Part shown: in pieces, positions 26,400 to 38,767 of the stretch
Numbering within the stretch: the stretch's first letter is position 1
Layout: each line of letters begins with the position of its first letter
Assembly: GCF_001194135.2 (NCBI RefSeq)
Contig: NC_068989.1
Coordinates: 59,440,753 to 59,504,752 of the forward strand
DNA: 64,000 nt
Source of the DNA: Octopus bimaculoides
Lineage: Eukaryota
Direction of reading: 5' to 3'
Notes under the pieces: generated by a model
The model's database searches: none
Told to the model about the DNA's origin: nothing
Seen by the model: only the letters and a program-made list of their open reading frames with translations
Translations under genes and position numbers: made by a program

Positions 26400-26519
26400 T
26401 TCCATAACTTTATTACTACTATCTTTTATTAAATGGTGTGCTGACTGTTTGTCTACAGTACTGTAGACAAACAGTCAGCACACCATTTAATAAAAGATAG
26501 TAGTAATAAAGTTATGGAA
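26400..26519. repeat. Perfect 120-bp palindrome (60-bp arms, no spacer)
   Basis: Base-by-base check shows 26460-26519 is the exact reverse complement of 26400-26459. The centre is AGT|ACT. Confidence 0.97.
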
Positions 26520-27453
26520 CCATACTCCATCTCTAAAACTTTATAACTATATTCTATAATGCAGCAAGTAGGCAGAATCATTAGCAAGCCAAACAAAATT
26601 TAGGGGCATTTTTCTCAACTTTTAAGTTCTGAGTTAAAATTCTGAGGTTAACTTTGCCTTTCTTTCTTTAAGGATCGATAAAATAAATACCAGTTGAGTA
26701 CTGGGATCAATGTAATCAACTACCACCCCCACCCACTCTAGAAATTTCAGACAGTGCCTATAATAGAAAGGATTATTACTATATTTTATGAAGTGTAGTG
26801 CAGGTAGTTTTTGCCTGTTTTTAGGTATAAACTCTAATATAGCCACAGTTAACATTGCTAGTAGCCTTTGCACTAAATTCTCCCCTACCCTAAAATTTAT
26901 GTTCTCATTATTGCTGTTGCCATGCCTCTGTCAAATTTGTGTTATAACATCTGAGAACTGGAAATGTTTTTATTTGTATCACAAATGTATCTTAGTCATC
27001 ATGTCTTTCTATAATACTTTCAAATTTCCTTCGTGTTAACTTTATTTATCATCACTCTTCATTTAATGAAACACTCCTGAAATTCCTTCAGTCAACAATA
27101 CCATTTTCCTACAAGAATATTGGCTGTGTATAGTCAAAATAAATTGTATATAGTAATATTCATTTAAATACTGAGTTCAAATCCCACAAGGGTCTACTTC
27201 GTCTTTCATCAATAAAAGAAGTTGCTGTATCATTCAAAAACTGGAATAAATTAAAAGATTGACTACACCCTGCCCCATGAAATATGTTGCTGTGTATCAA
27301 TGTAAGAAATCACTGTCATTAGTGACAATTGTACAGATAGTAAAGAGCTCTATATTTGAAGGAATTTAGTTTGGTATTTTATTCATTTATCAAATGTTCA
27401 TTTATCCAAGATCATTAAAGTAATTAGCAGCTAGGTAATGTGTCTGATATTAC

Positions 27454-27506
27454 CTACAGTCTTCCACAAACTTGGTAACATTGAGAAATGTGATAAAATG
27501 AGTGTG
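27454..27506 (-). CDS. Candidate exon of the unidentified minus-strand gene
   Basis: Acceptor tttctttcattatatcttctgtgacag, donor TAG|gtaata. 53 nt with two open frames (HTHFITFLNVTKFVEDC or TLILSHFSMLPSLWKTV). Confidence 0.3.
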
Positions 27507-29574
27507 CTGTCACAGAAGATATAATGAAAGAAATCTAAAGTTTTTGATATTACCAGTAATTCTCATGGGGAGGTAACTGAATAAAGTTTACTCTAATAGA
27601 GTGGAAATTTGTAATACATGCTCTATGATAATGTCAGTTAAAAAAAACTGTTAGCTTTAAAGGATAATCATTTTAAATTCCTTGTTTAGGATGATGGATT
27701 TACAGAATCACTGGAGCTTCGGGAAAAATTCTTTACAGGGTTTGTTTCAGTCTTTTACATTCTGAGTTCAAATATGGCCTAAGCCAACTTTGCCTTTCAT
27801 CTTTTGGGGGCTGATAAAGTAACTGTCAAGTACTGAGGCTAATGGTGTTGACTTACCCCTCCTGCCGCAAAATTGCTGACTTTGTGCATAAATTAGAAAC
27901 CATTATTAATTCTTTGTTTCAGTTTTAGTATATAAAATCAAAGATTGTTGCCCACAGGAACATCTTAGAATTTGATAATTGCTATATCATAATTAATTTT
28001 AATAGTAATTCTAAAAGTAACCATTTACTGAATTTATCAATTAAACACCAGCAATTAAAGATATTAAGACCATCTAAAAACAGGTTCATTATTTTGTTTT
28101 ACAATTAGCTTTAGATAAGATTTGAAATAATTTATCATCTGATGAAACTTTTCTCGATTTCTCTCTCTCTCTCTCTTTTCTCCCCCCCCCCCNNNNNNNN
28201 NNNNNNNNNNNNNNNNNNNNNNNNNNNACCACTCTCTCTCGCCAGTCATGTCAAACAATACTACCTGTGATCTTTTCTCGCAGTTACTTAAGCAATGGTT
28301 TTGCTATCTTTGTTTTGGTTCATTTTCAGCCTAATCTAATTCTAACCTATAATAGTTTATACATTGATTTCCTTTTCAAAGAAGAAAATAAAATGCTGTG
28401 ATGTTCATGCTTTTGTTTTTTGTTTTGCTTTTTCAATAGCTTCATCTTGAGGAAGGGGTTGTGCTTATAGCCTTCTCATTCCTTCCAAATGCAGTGAGAT
28501 CAATGCAGATAATGTTTCTTTTAAATGGCTGCAAGTTGATAGCGGCAAAAAAAATCATGGGCAAAGAATGAATTCCAGGGGGTTGAACACCAAGAAGGAC
28601 TGAGAAAGTAATCTGTTTGTAGGTTGTGAAATGGCAGTGGTCAGAGATGAGACAAGTTGGGAAGGCTTATGTGGTGACCAGCTAACTCCACTGGCCACTG
28701 TAGTAGCAGAGTGAGGTGGACCAGAGATTGCAGAGCAATTTCATGTCAATCAGTCAGGTGACCATTTTAGTAGGGTGGAGGCAGTCTAGGATACCTGTGT
28801 GTGTAGTTGTATGACTGGTCCGTGTGTAGGAGCAGTGTTCTATTTGAAATTCATAAGCTGCATAAGGGAAACAAAAGGCAGCCAGTAAAAATTGTAACTT
28901 GGTCAATAAGGTCAGATCACCAGCAACATGCCACTTGATATATGTCCACTCACCATGCAACAACAGCAGCTGCTACTACTACTACTACTACTACCACTAC
29001 AACAATAGAGCTTATCTTTTAGTCTTAAGCATTGGCTACAATATTTAATAACTTCTTAAAGAATAAAAGGAATTAAGAGTCACACATTTCTGACATTGAT
29101 CAAAATAATTTCAGAATTCTTCATAAATATTTTATGTAAATCTTTTCACTTGTGTAAGTATTTTGAATTGTAAAATAACTTTTATTGTATTTTGTTGCTA
29201 TATAAATTTGGGTAATTACTTCAGTTCCAACACTTGAACATTTACTGTGCTCACAAACTGCAGTTAATGAATTTATTTCTTAATTGTTGTAGTTAAGAAA
29301 CATGTAAACTACTTTTTTCTTCATGCTTTTGTGATCAGATGACTTTCAGAACACACAAACCAAATAAGACCAAAAGTAGAAAATTGTTTTGGTCAACAAC
29401 TGTTCCACCAAATATGTATTATATAAATATGTATTATATCAATTTACACAACTTGAATAAAATTTTTGTTGAAAACAATACATTAACTTAAAAAAATAAA
29501 ATTTGCCAAAGTCTAATTTACTTTCAGTCTTTCTGTTGTTCTTTTTTAACCCTTTATAATTATTAGTTTCAAAT

Positions 29575-29780
29575 TTTGGCACAAGTTCAGCAGATTTGGG
29601 TGAGGGGCTAAATTGGTTACATCAACCCCAATGTTCAACTAGTACTTATTTTATCAACCTCGAAAGGATGAAAGGCAAAGTTGACATCAGCAGAATTTGA
29701 ACTCAGAACATAGCGACAAATGAAATGTTGCTAAGCATTTTACCCAACATGCAAACAATTCTGCCAGCTTGCTGCCTTCT
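29575..29780 (-). mobile_element. SINE family A copy with CpG decay
   Basis: Family core with CpG-to-CpA/TpG changes (tacatcaacccc, aaagttgacatcagcagaattt). Confidence 0.8.
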
Positions 29781-30409
29781 AATTTTTTTCATAATTATTT
29801 ATCATCATTATTATTAAACACTTTCTCCAACTCAAATGAGCTGAATGGATTTGTACGAAAGCATATGTCTGCCTTTGAGATCCAACAATCATTTAGCTAC
29901 ATCTCTGCCATAGTTTTGCCACATCTAACAATGTACACTCAGAAACAAAGTCTGGTGGCAGTAACTTAAAGTTTATATATACATCTGTGTATACAATCAC
30001 ACCATGGTGGAGCAGACAGCATACTGACTGAGGGGGAATCAAGCCATAAAGCAAGAGGTTAAATTGTTTAGTTGTGAAAAACTTCTAAATTCCAGGGTAC
30101 ATTAAGGAAATGAAATTAGGTTGTGTTGGCTGTGAACCCTCCACAATACCCAAGCTTTATATATGTAAATAAAGCCTTCACATCTGGTTGTAATTTAAGT
30201 GAGGAACATTTTCTAACCTTTTGTTACACAAATGTAGATGGTATACACTCTTTAGTGGTGATGATGGGAACATCTGATTGTCTCATCATCATCATTTAAT
30301 GTCCATTGTCCATGTTAAGACATTATGTACTAGCTACCAATAAATTATTATGATTCCATTGTTAAGTATGCATATCTTTAATGACAAGTTTTTCTCACAT
30401 TTCATTCCT

Positions 30410-30790
30410 ACAGTGCATAAATATCAAGAAAGTACTACAAATTTTGGACAATGTTTCTGCTCACCCAAGTAGTCATCAACTTGTCTAAGCATAATTGTAG
30501 TCTCCAAGAGATTATATCATTGAAGATATTTTGGCAAAGTGCTCTGGTGAGTAAGAGAAGAAGGGAAAACACCAAAGAACTCTCAGTAGCAAGAGCTAGA
30601 TCTCAACAATTCAGTTTAGCAGTTTTATGCTAAAGCTCCACAGATAACTATTTTAGTCAAAGTTTGACAAAAAAATAAAAATTAAGAATAAAAATAAAAA
30701 TGAAAATAAATAATATAAAATTGTTTGATGTGGATATAGAATATGATTTTGAAGGATTTGAATCAATGGATTTTCATTATATTCTTCAGA
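30410..30790 (+). mobile_element. Degenerate pogo/Tigger transposase fragment
   Basis: KKVLQILDNVSAHP resembles the DDE_1 motif KVLLILDNAPAHP. DIEYDFEGF near 30740 resembles pogo C-termini. Multiple stops. Confidence 0.45.
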
Positions 30791-31291
30791 GATTCAGTAA
30801 AATAGATGTTTCAGGAGACTGTATCAGAATCTGGCTATAAGACATAGAGTGAGCAAACCCAAGTATCAAGTATTCACAAAAGAAATGGCAGACAAATACA
30901 GCAAGCAAGTATTCCAGGGTCATTGCAAAACATCCTGATTTACACAAACACACTACCATGGGATTAGAACACTTCACACTTTTTCTCCTTCTCTTCATAA
31001 TGTTTAAACATATAGATTCATATGTGTGAAGTGAAACAGGATTGGAGCTTCTTGAGTCCAAAACTTCCTCCAAAAAAGAGATAGAAAGAAAACTATTCAA
31101 CAGTTGAGTTCTTTTTTTTTTTCTTCTCTTAGATGAAGGATCAGTCTTGAAGTGTTGCATCCCTCCTCATGGCATACAATATAATCTAAAATCATAACCT
31201 ACACTATTAGTTAAAGATGTGATTGCCGTTATGGGATTTCTGTGGTTAAGGTGTGGAATCATAGTGTTTTATTTCAAGTAAGGTGAGTAAG

Positions 31292-31323
<32 letters not shown>

Positions 31324-33808
31324 AAATTTAATTTGTATCCATTGATAAAATAAATATATAGAGTCACCTTGTAGAGAATTAGTAATCTTTATGTTGGCCT
31401 GAATGGCTGTCAGTCTATCCTGCCATTGGTGTTGTGTTGTATCTCTATCAGCTATCTGTAAATATCTATAATAGGTACACTTTATTGCTATAAACAGTGG
31501 GGAATTACATAACTAGCAAGTGTTTGTAAGATTCATTAAACAAAACTGCCAAAGAGCACTCAACAATACCTACACATACAACTTTCTGTAAGTGGGGCAG
31601 AGCTCTGGATGATAAATAACATGTTTAGCACAACAGTACAGTGGATTGGTCTATAAGAGCTGATAGACTAGTCTGGAAAGAGTAGCAAACAATAATATCA
31701 AGAAGATTGGTAGAAAACAAGATGTTGCAGTGGCATAGTGTGAAATGTGTGGAGTGTATGAATTGAATGGAACAGCCATTTTACATAAGTGCATTTGTTG
31801 TAGCTGAAGGTATGTTACATTTAATGAAGAGGGCAGTTTACTTATCAATAGTCTCAGTTTCTCTCTTGGTTACATATAACCAGCATCTCAGTGGTATAGC
31901 ATGGGTTTTGGTTTCCCCCTTCCTAAAACATCTGCAGCAAACAAACATTTATATAGTGGCTGCTCCTTGCAATTAGCCAACTTTGCACATCCTGCACTGC
32001 ACCACTGCAATATCTATGGTTATTATATGGTCTTGGTGTACCTTAGGTATGTCAGTTAGGTCAATTCTTCCTGCGGATAGCTTTGCAAATAGTTTTTCCT
32101 ATAACTACAGTATTATGAATGATGAGAAAGTAGAAAATTGCAGACATTTTTCAGCAGATGTTTAAGTACAGGATTTTTTTGCACTGGTATCATATAATCA
32201 ATATTTGGTGGTATTTTCTTAATTAGAGATTTGGTGGTATTTTGTTAATTAGTGTGGTATTTAGTAACTATTTCTGTTCTTGATTAGTGAAAAGTATGTC
32301 CTTCTAGGTGGGATGTGATGTATATCTGATAGTTCCATGAGGAACTACTCTGTCTATGAATGCTGTGAAAGTCTCCAGTTTATGGAATATGTTGCCATGC
32401 ACAACTTGCTGTGTATGTGTATGCATGTATGTTTTGGAATTTTAACCTTTATTTTGGCCAGCCATCTACCCAATGGTAAAGTTGTAAAGAAAATCTATAT
32501 AAAATGTGGTGTGGGGCTCTTGTTCTATGGCTTATCCTTTGTGCAACCACCTGCCTTTAAAATTTATAATATTCTTGCAGATTTTTATTGTCTCAGAAAT
32601 GGTTATCATCAGTAGCATATGGATTGTGGTGATATGTTCTTTTTCCAAGAACATAAATTCAACAATACTTTGATCCAACATATTGCCACAAGCAATAATG
32701 AAGAGTATAAGGGTGAAGAAGTATCTTGTGTACTGGGTTTGGAGATTTCTCATTGATAGTCCATAGATGTTTTCTTTCTCCTGTAGTTTTCTCACCACAT
32801 TGACTTCAAACAAGCATGTTTCATGGTTCCAAACATAAAGATTAAATCAACTGTGTCTGAATTTGGTTGCTATTTTTTAGTATTAGGTTCCACAAATATT
32901 GTTTTTTCCATCACCTCTTAGATTTCATGGTAGCAACTTTCAAAGTGAGCTGTAATAAATTTGTCAATACTTTGGAGTAGTTTGCTGTGTATAATCATTT
33001 TAATTAATTTTGTTTTGTTTTTTTTAATAATTTTGTTGTTGTTGTTTTAAATAGGATTTTTCAATGTACCTAGAAAATAAATTAATGTTAACCTTTATTT
33101 TATGATTTTTTTCAATTCCATTCAATATCCTAATATTTTTATTTTCTCGGGTATTATCTTGAGTACAATATTTCACTACTGAAAGTGTTATTTCACCAGA
33201 AATTTTGGCAAAATGATTCAAATCCAAGTTGTGAGAATCATCAGTGTTTTAAATTAATACTGATTAAGTGTAATGGAAAATCTTTTTCTAGCTATTGCAA
33301 TGTACGTGAAATAGTAAGTGTTCAATTGCTAATGTGTGTCAACTGTTTGATTTTTCTCTCTTTATATGTAGTTATGTGCATACACGTCCACACACACCAC
33401 ATTTACTCACATAACATTTCAATGTTTAGGATGTAAATGTAGACATATAATAAGAGAAAGATGAAAAATGAAGAGGGATTTGAGCAAGTGACAATACACA
33501 AATGTTAATTAAGATGTACACTGTAGTAAAATTGCTGACTGATTTATATAGTAACTGAATATGCAATAGTGTTGCTTGGGGAAAGAAACTGGATACATCT
33601 TCTCTGAAGAGTAAACAACAAATTATGAAACAGTCCATAAGGAGACTTTCCAATTCTTTTTATTTTTCTGTACATTGAAAGCATAAAGGTAATGTGCTTG
33701 CATTCTTATATATTTCATTATCACAGCTAAGGCTTTCTAATATTTACATTTGACTTCTCATGGTTCTCAGTGCATTGCATATAGAATTCATATATATATA
33801 TATATATA

Positions 33809-34155
33809 NNNNNNNNNNNNNNNNNNNNNNNNNNNNNNNNNNNNNNNNNNNNNNNNNNNNNNNNNNNNNNNNNNNNNNNNNNNNNNNNNNNNNNNNNNNN
33901 NNNNNNNNNNNNNNNNNNNNNNNNNNNNNNNNNNNNNNNNNNNNNNNNNNNNNNNNNNNNNNNNNNNNNNNNNNNNNNNNNNNNNNNNNNNNNNNNNNNN
34001 NNNNNNNNNNNNNNNNNNNNNNNNNNNNNNNNNNNNNNNNNNNNNNNNNNNNNNNNNNNNNNNNNNNNNNNNNNNNNNNNNNNNNNNNNNNNNNNNNNNN
34101 NNNNNNNNNNNNNNNNNNNNNNNNNNNNNNNNNNNNNNNNNNNNNNNNNNNNNNN
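33809..34155. other. Assembly gap (other gaps: 16224-16233, 28193-28227, 49492-49664, 54147-54807, 60012-60021, 60732-61220)
   Basis: Runs of N, mostly flanked by (TA)n. Confidence 1.
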
Positions 34156-34188
<33 letters not shown>

Positions 34189-34191
34189 TAT

Positions 34192-34348
34192 GACGGGCTT
34201 CTTTCAGTTTCCGTCTACCAAATCCACTCGCAAGGCTTTGGTCGGCCCGAGGCTATAGTAGAAGATAGTTGCCCAAGGTGCCATGCAGTGGGACTGAACC
34301 CAGAACCATGTGGTTGGTAAGCAAGCTACTTACCGCACAGCCACTCCT
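34192..34348 (-). mobile_element. CORE-type SINE family B copy, well preserved
   Basis: Reverse strand: caggagtggctgtgcggtaagtagc...ggttcagtcccactgcatggcaccttgggcaac...gaaagaagcccgtc. Confidence 0.85.
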
Positions 34349-34941
34349 GATATATACACATAGATATATATATATCATCTCTCTCTCTCTCTCTCTCACT
34401 TTCTCTCAACACACACACACACACATACACACATATATATACATACATATACAAGTAAAAAGGCAGATAAACACAAGAATAGAATACAAATATATATTTT
34501 TTTCTTTACCTCCATCAGCCACACACTCTACACCATCACCATACCTCCTTCTAAACCTTTATAGTTGTAAACACTGCTATGAAATTATGTTTTTAGCCAG
34601 ATGATGATATGACTTTGTTCCATGGGTTTGCAGAAACTCATGTTATGCTACATTTACAACATTATGAGTATTATGTAGTACATGTGGTTTTGGCATAAGC
34701 TATGGTTCACCTGAAACAGCTATTGTGATAAGACTGTTTTATAACACCTTTTGTTTATTTGTACTCTTTATTTTGTATTCCATCTATGGAGTATTTATCT
34801 GCCTTTTTACTTCCATATCCATTCAATGAGGATTGCTCTTATGGCTGACTTTCTACATCAAAGCCACCTGCTCTAAATGGAGGAGTTGGAATGTGAGTTT
34901 CCATTTATCTAAGTTCCACTCAGAGAATATCTCTTCCACGC

Positions 34942-34989
<48 letters not shown>

Positions 34990-35472
34990 TCGTACCTGTG
35001 ATACAGAAATTTGAACACATTTGTATCCGCATATGTACACAAACATGCAGATTTTAAAGCACACACACACATGCATATGATGTATATTCACATGTGACAT
35101 TGTGCGTGCACACAGTTTTCTATGAAATATTTTCAAATATATAGTCTTTTATTTCTTTACTACTGTTTTCAGAGTTTGAACCTGAGCCATGCAGGAGTAC
35201 CTCTCAAGATGCCTGCTTGTGTAATTACGTATGGCTTACACACGGAGAGATATAAGAGTCTAAGCCTATATACATTTGTGAGTCAGATTTGATCATATAC
35301 ATGCGGGTATATGAATGTGTATGAGTGTATGTATGTGTGCCTGTGTGTATGTGTGTGTGCGTGTGTGTGAGTTCATCTTTGTCCGTCCGTATCAGATCAG
35401 GACTATGTCGGCGACTTGGACCGTGTTTATCTTTTTTGATATGCATTTGATTTTAAGCTTTATCATTATTAC

Positions 35473-35548
<76 letters not shown>

Positions 35549-35874
35549 GTTATTATTCACAGACTCTTCTCTCAAAAGATTATTTCCTCAGCAATGAGTT
35601 GTTGACTTGCGCTTCTTCCTACTTGAATCACTCTTCTTTCCTTCTTTCATTCCTACATTCTTTCATTCGTTCAATCCTTCACTCGTTAGCGATATCTCTA
35701 TTGTTAATATTATCGCTTTTCCGACTTCCTTTATCTTTATCGAAAATACGTACCGCGCCACTACACATACATACATACATACATACATATCTTACGTGTC
35801 TTGTGTGTGTGAATGTGAATGTATGTATGTATGTATGTGCGTGTTCGCGTGCTTGGGTGAAGGAGAGAGAGAGA

Positions 35875-35920
<46 letters not shown>

Positions 35921-36269
35921 TTTATGGGTGTGTATGGGCGTGCACGCATTTGTTTATCACATGTTTGTAAATATTTAGATTATAATTTAAGAATTTGTGA
36001 AGGTCAGACTGACATATAGTCATAACGATTAAAAACTGTTGGATTTGGCAGCAGCAGATACAATCGATATCGTACAACAGCTTCCAAACCGTTAAATAAG
36101 AATTACAGAACAATAATTGGTTCCTCATCGACTCTTGTTGTCTTCTACACTGAAAAGTCATAAGTTTCACAGCGTCTGCTACGTTATGACGCCATACTGT
36201 AACTCTGCTAAATAACGGGTTCTGATTTAGATCCAAGATCAGCAATTTTGAGGCGAGATACCATCAACA

Positions 36270-36650
36270 GAGTGGAGGCGCAATGGCCCAGTGGTTAGGG
36301 CAGCGGACTCGCGGTCATAGGATCACGGTTTCGATTCCCAGACCGGGCGTTGTGAGTGTTTATTGAGCGAAAACACCCAAAGCTCCACGAGGCTCCGGCA
36401 GGGGATGGTGGCGAACCCTGCTGTACTCTTTCACCACAACTTTCTCTCACTCTTACTTCCTGTTTCTGTTGTGCTTCAAAGGGCCAGCCTTGTCACACTG
36501 TGTCACGCTGAATATCCCCGAGAACTACGTTAAGGGTACACGTGTCTGTGGAGTGCTCAGCCACTTGCACGTTAATTTTACGAGCAGGCTGTTCCGTTGA
36601 TCGGATCAACTGGAACCCTCGACGTCGTAAGCGACGGAGTGCCAACAAAC
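36270..36650 (+). mobile_element. Full-length young tRNA-derived SINE (family D) with a 10-bp target-site duplication
   Basis: A-box-like tggcccagtggttagg and B-box-like ggtttcgattccc. ACCATCAACA occurs at 36260-36269 and 36651-36660. CpGs are intact. Confidence 0.85.
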
Positions 36651-37020
36651 ACCATCAACACTAGTATTTGACCGGTACTTTATTTTATCGATCTGGAAAG
36701 GATGAAAATCAAAGTTCCCCTCGAGAAACGAACTCTATGTTAAGAGTCGGAAAAAAGTACCGCAAGGCTTTCTGTCACTTATAATTCAGTAAATCAACAT
36801 TGACCACTGACTACTTATGTAAGGATGAGAAAGTCAACATTATTGACTACACTATATTTAATGTAGCCAGCCGTCATCCGCAAGTGAATGTCACAGGGTA
36901 AAATGTACCATGCTTTCGCTAAATGTTGCAGGCGCTTATGTCGACGCGAGGAGACATAGACACTCTCTTGGTCACCTCACTTTTGATTCAATGGAACATC
37001 CAGGACGTGAGAGCTGGAGA

Positions 37021-37096
<76 letters not shown>

Positions 37097-37144
37097 GGGG
37101 GGAGAGAGAGAGAGGGAGAGCTGCACCAGCATTAGTAGGGTAGC

Positions 37145-37906
37145 TAGTGAGGAGAGGGTAGCTAGGTAAAAAAAAAGGAAGAGGAAGCTGTGGCAGACAG
37201 AAAAAGGACGAGGGTGGAGTCACCACCCAAAACCACCAAGAAAAGAAAAGCAGGAAAGGCGGAAAAGACATTTGTGGACGAAACAGAAGACACTGAGACT
37301 CGAACCACGAAGCCAGAGACAGCAACAATTAGTGAAAAAGATAGAATTAGAAGGGTGAAAACTGACGATTGGTTGGAGAAAGTACACGCGCAAAGAGAAA
37401 AAGTAAGGAGAATAGGACGACCTTTGGGACGGAATCTAAGAATGTTGATGTATTACTAGAAATTTAGAATTGGAAAAGAAGCTAACGAAAATGAAAGGTT
37501 TGATTAGAGTTAGATTGAACCCGGATTTGTTTGAACCAGATGAGAAAGCGGTGTTGTTGGTGAGAGAAAAGATAGAAAAACTGTGTAGATCATTTCCTGA
37601 ATTAATTAATTTTACGCAAATATATGTTCGTTTTGAGAATCTGCCCAGTGTGATTGGGAGAGAGGATCTAATTCAATATATAACGGACGAATGGTAAAAC
37701 GATGAGAGACTGTATAAAAGAACAGTAAAATGGAACTGCGAGCTTGGGGTGGGGCTCGTAAGTCATTCCATCTTTTCATTTAATCTGTCATTTCACAAAC
37801 ATCATTCGTTATATGTACCCTACGTTTTGTGTTGTCTGTCCTTGTATTGCCCCCTCTTTGTTAAGGTTACATGCCTGTAATAAAGAAACATAGTGAGGAG
37901 AGGTAG
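37145..37906 (+). mobile_element. ORF-bearing insert flanked by direct repeats (probable truncated or non-autonomous retroelement; solo-LTR alternative)
   Basis: TAGTGAGGAGAGG(G)TAG at 37145-37161 and 37891-37906. Two frameshifted ORFs (37190-37459, 37470-37697). TATAAAA near 37712. Tail ends AATAAAGAAACA. Confidence 0.55.
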
Positions 37907-38728
37907 GCGATACTTTCATAGGTCTGCTGTATAAGCCTGTACATGTCTGGGGGACCCGATAGCTACGCCATTGACAACCACACGAATGGTACTCATTTAC
38001 AGACTAGTAAAGTGGAGCAACATGAAATGTTTTGCCTCGAGACACAACGCAGCGCCCAGATCAGAAAATGACCCTCCGATCTAAACAGCGAGCCGAACAG
38101 TAACCATTATGGCCGCGTGCCTTTCAATGTAAAGATGCTTCAGGATTAATGGCAAAATATTTGATTGCATATTTTCATGTGCAATGCAATCATACTTATT
38201 GCTTTAATTTTCCAAAGATGAATAAAGTTGCGAACAGAATGGTACCAGAGTGTAAACCATTACACTTTAACTAACAATAAGTGTCTGCTCTTATAGAAAT
38301 CCAGAAGCTGATGTAGGAATCTCCACAAAGGCTACTCTGTCTCCATTATATTCATATTTGTTCCCTATGATAACCGTTTCTGCTTACAGAAACGCATATG
38401 CTGAAAGTTAAGCCAATTAGCAAAAATGCTATTTTGAAAATCAATATAAAATTTTATAGTGCTTATTATTTAATAACTAAATGTGAGATAAAATAACATT
38501 TCATTTCTAATAAAAATGTATGTAATATTTAAGTAAAGGAATTAATATCGTTAAGTCTTCCTTTTATCTATTATTAGTGGTGCAGCAAATTTAATAACAT
38601 TTAAAAAATTTTAATGTCTTATATAAATTTATTCTAAGAGAAACAAAACTAACGATAAAAGGAAGCTACGACACTACTTTTATATAATAAGAAAACTAAG
38701 ATGCTTGATTTATTCAAATGTTTGTGGA

Positions 38729-38767
<39 letters not shown>

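Noticed and set aside
30414-30546. Strong plus-strand acceptor and donor pair (cattcctacag ... CTG|gtgagt)
   Set aside because: All three frames contain stops and the sequence matches a pogo/Tigger remnant. At most it is a non-coding or poison exon.
30780-32830. Several 60-124-aa ORFs with faint transposase- or RT-like fragments
   Set aside because: I could not assign any motif with confidence. This is probably ancient TE debris.
33590-33665. Hammerhead-ribozyme-like CTGAAGA...GAAAC (also CTGATGA near 14556 and a Penelope-tail remnant near 7610)
   Set aside because: Stems I-III do not pair correctly, or the GAAA is missing.
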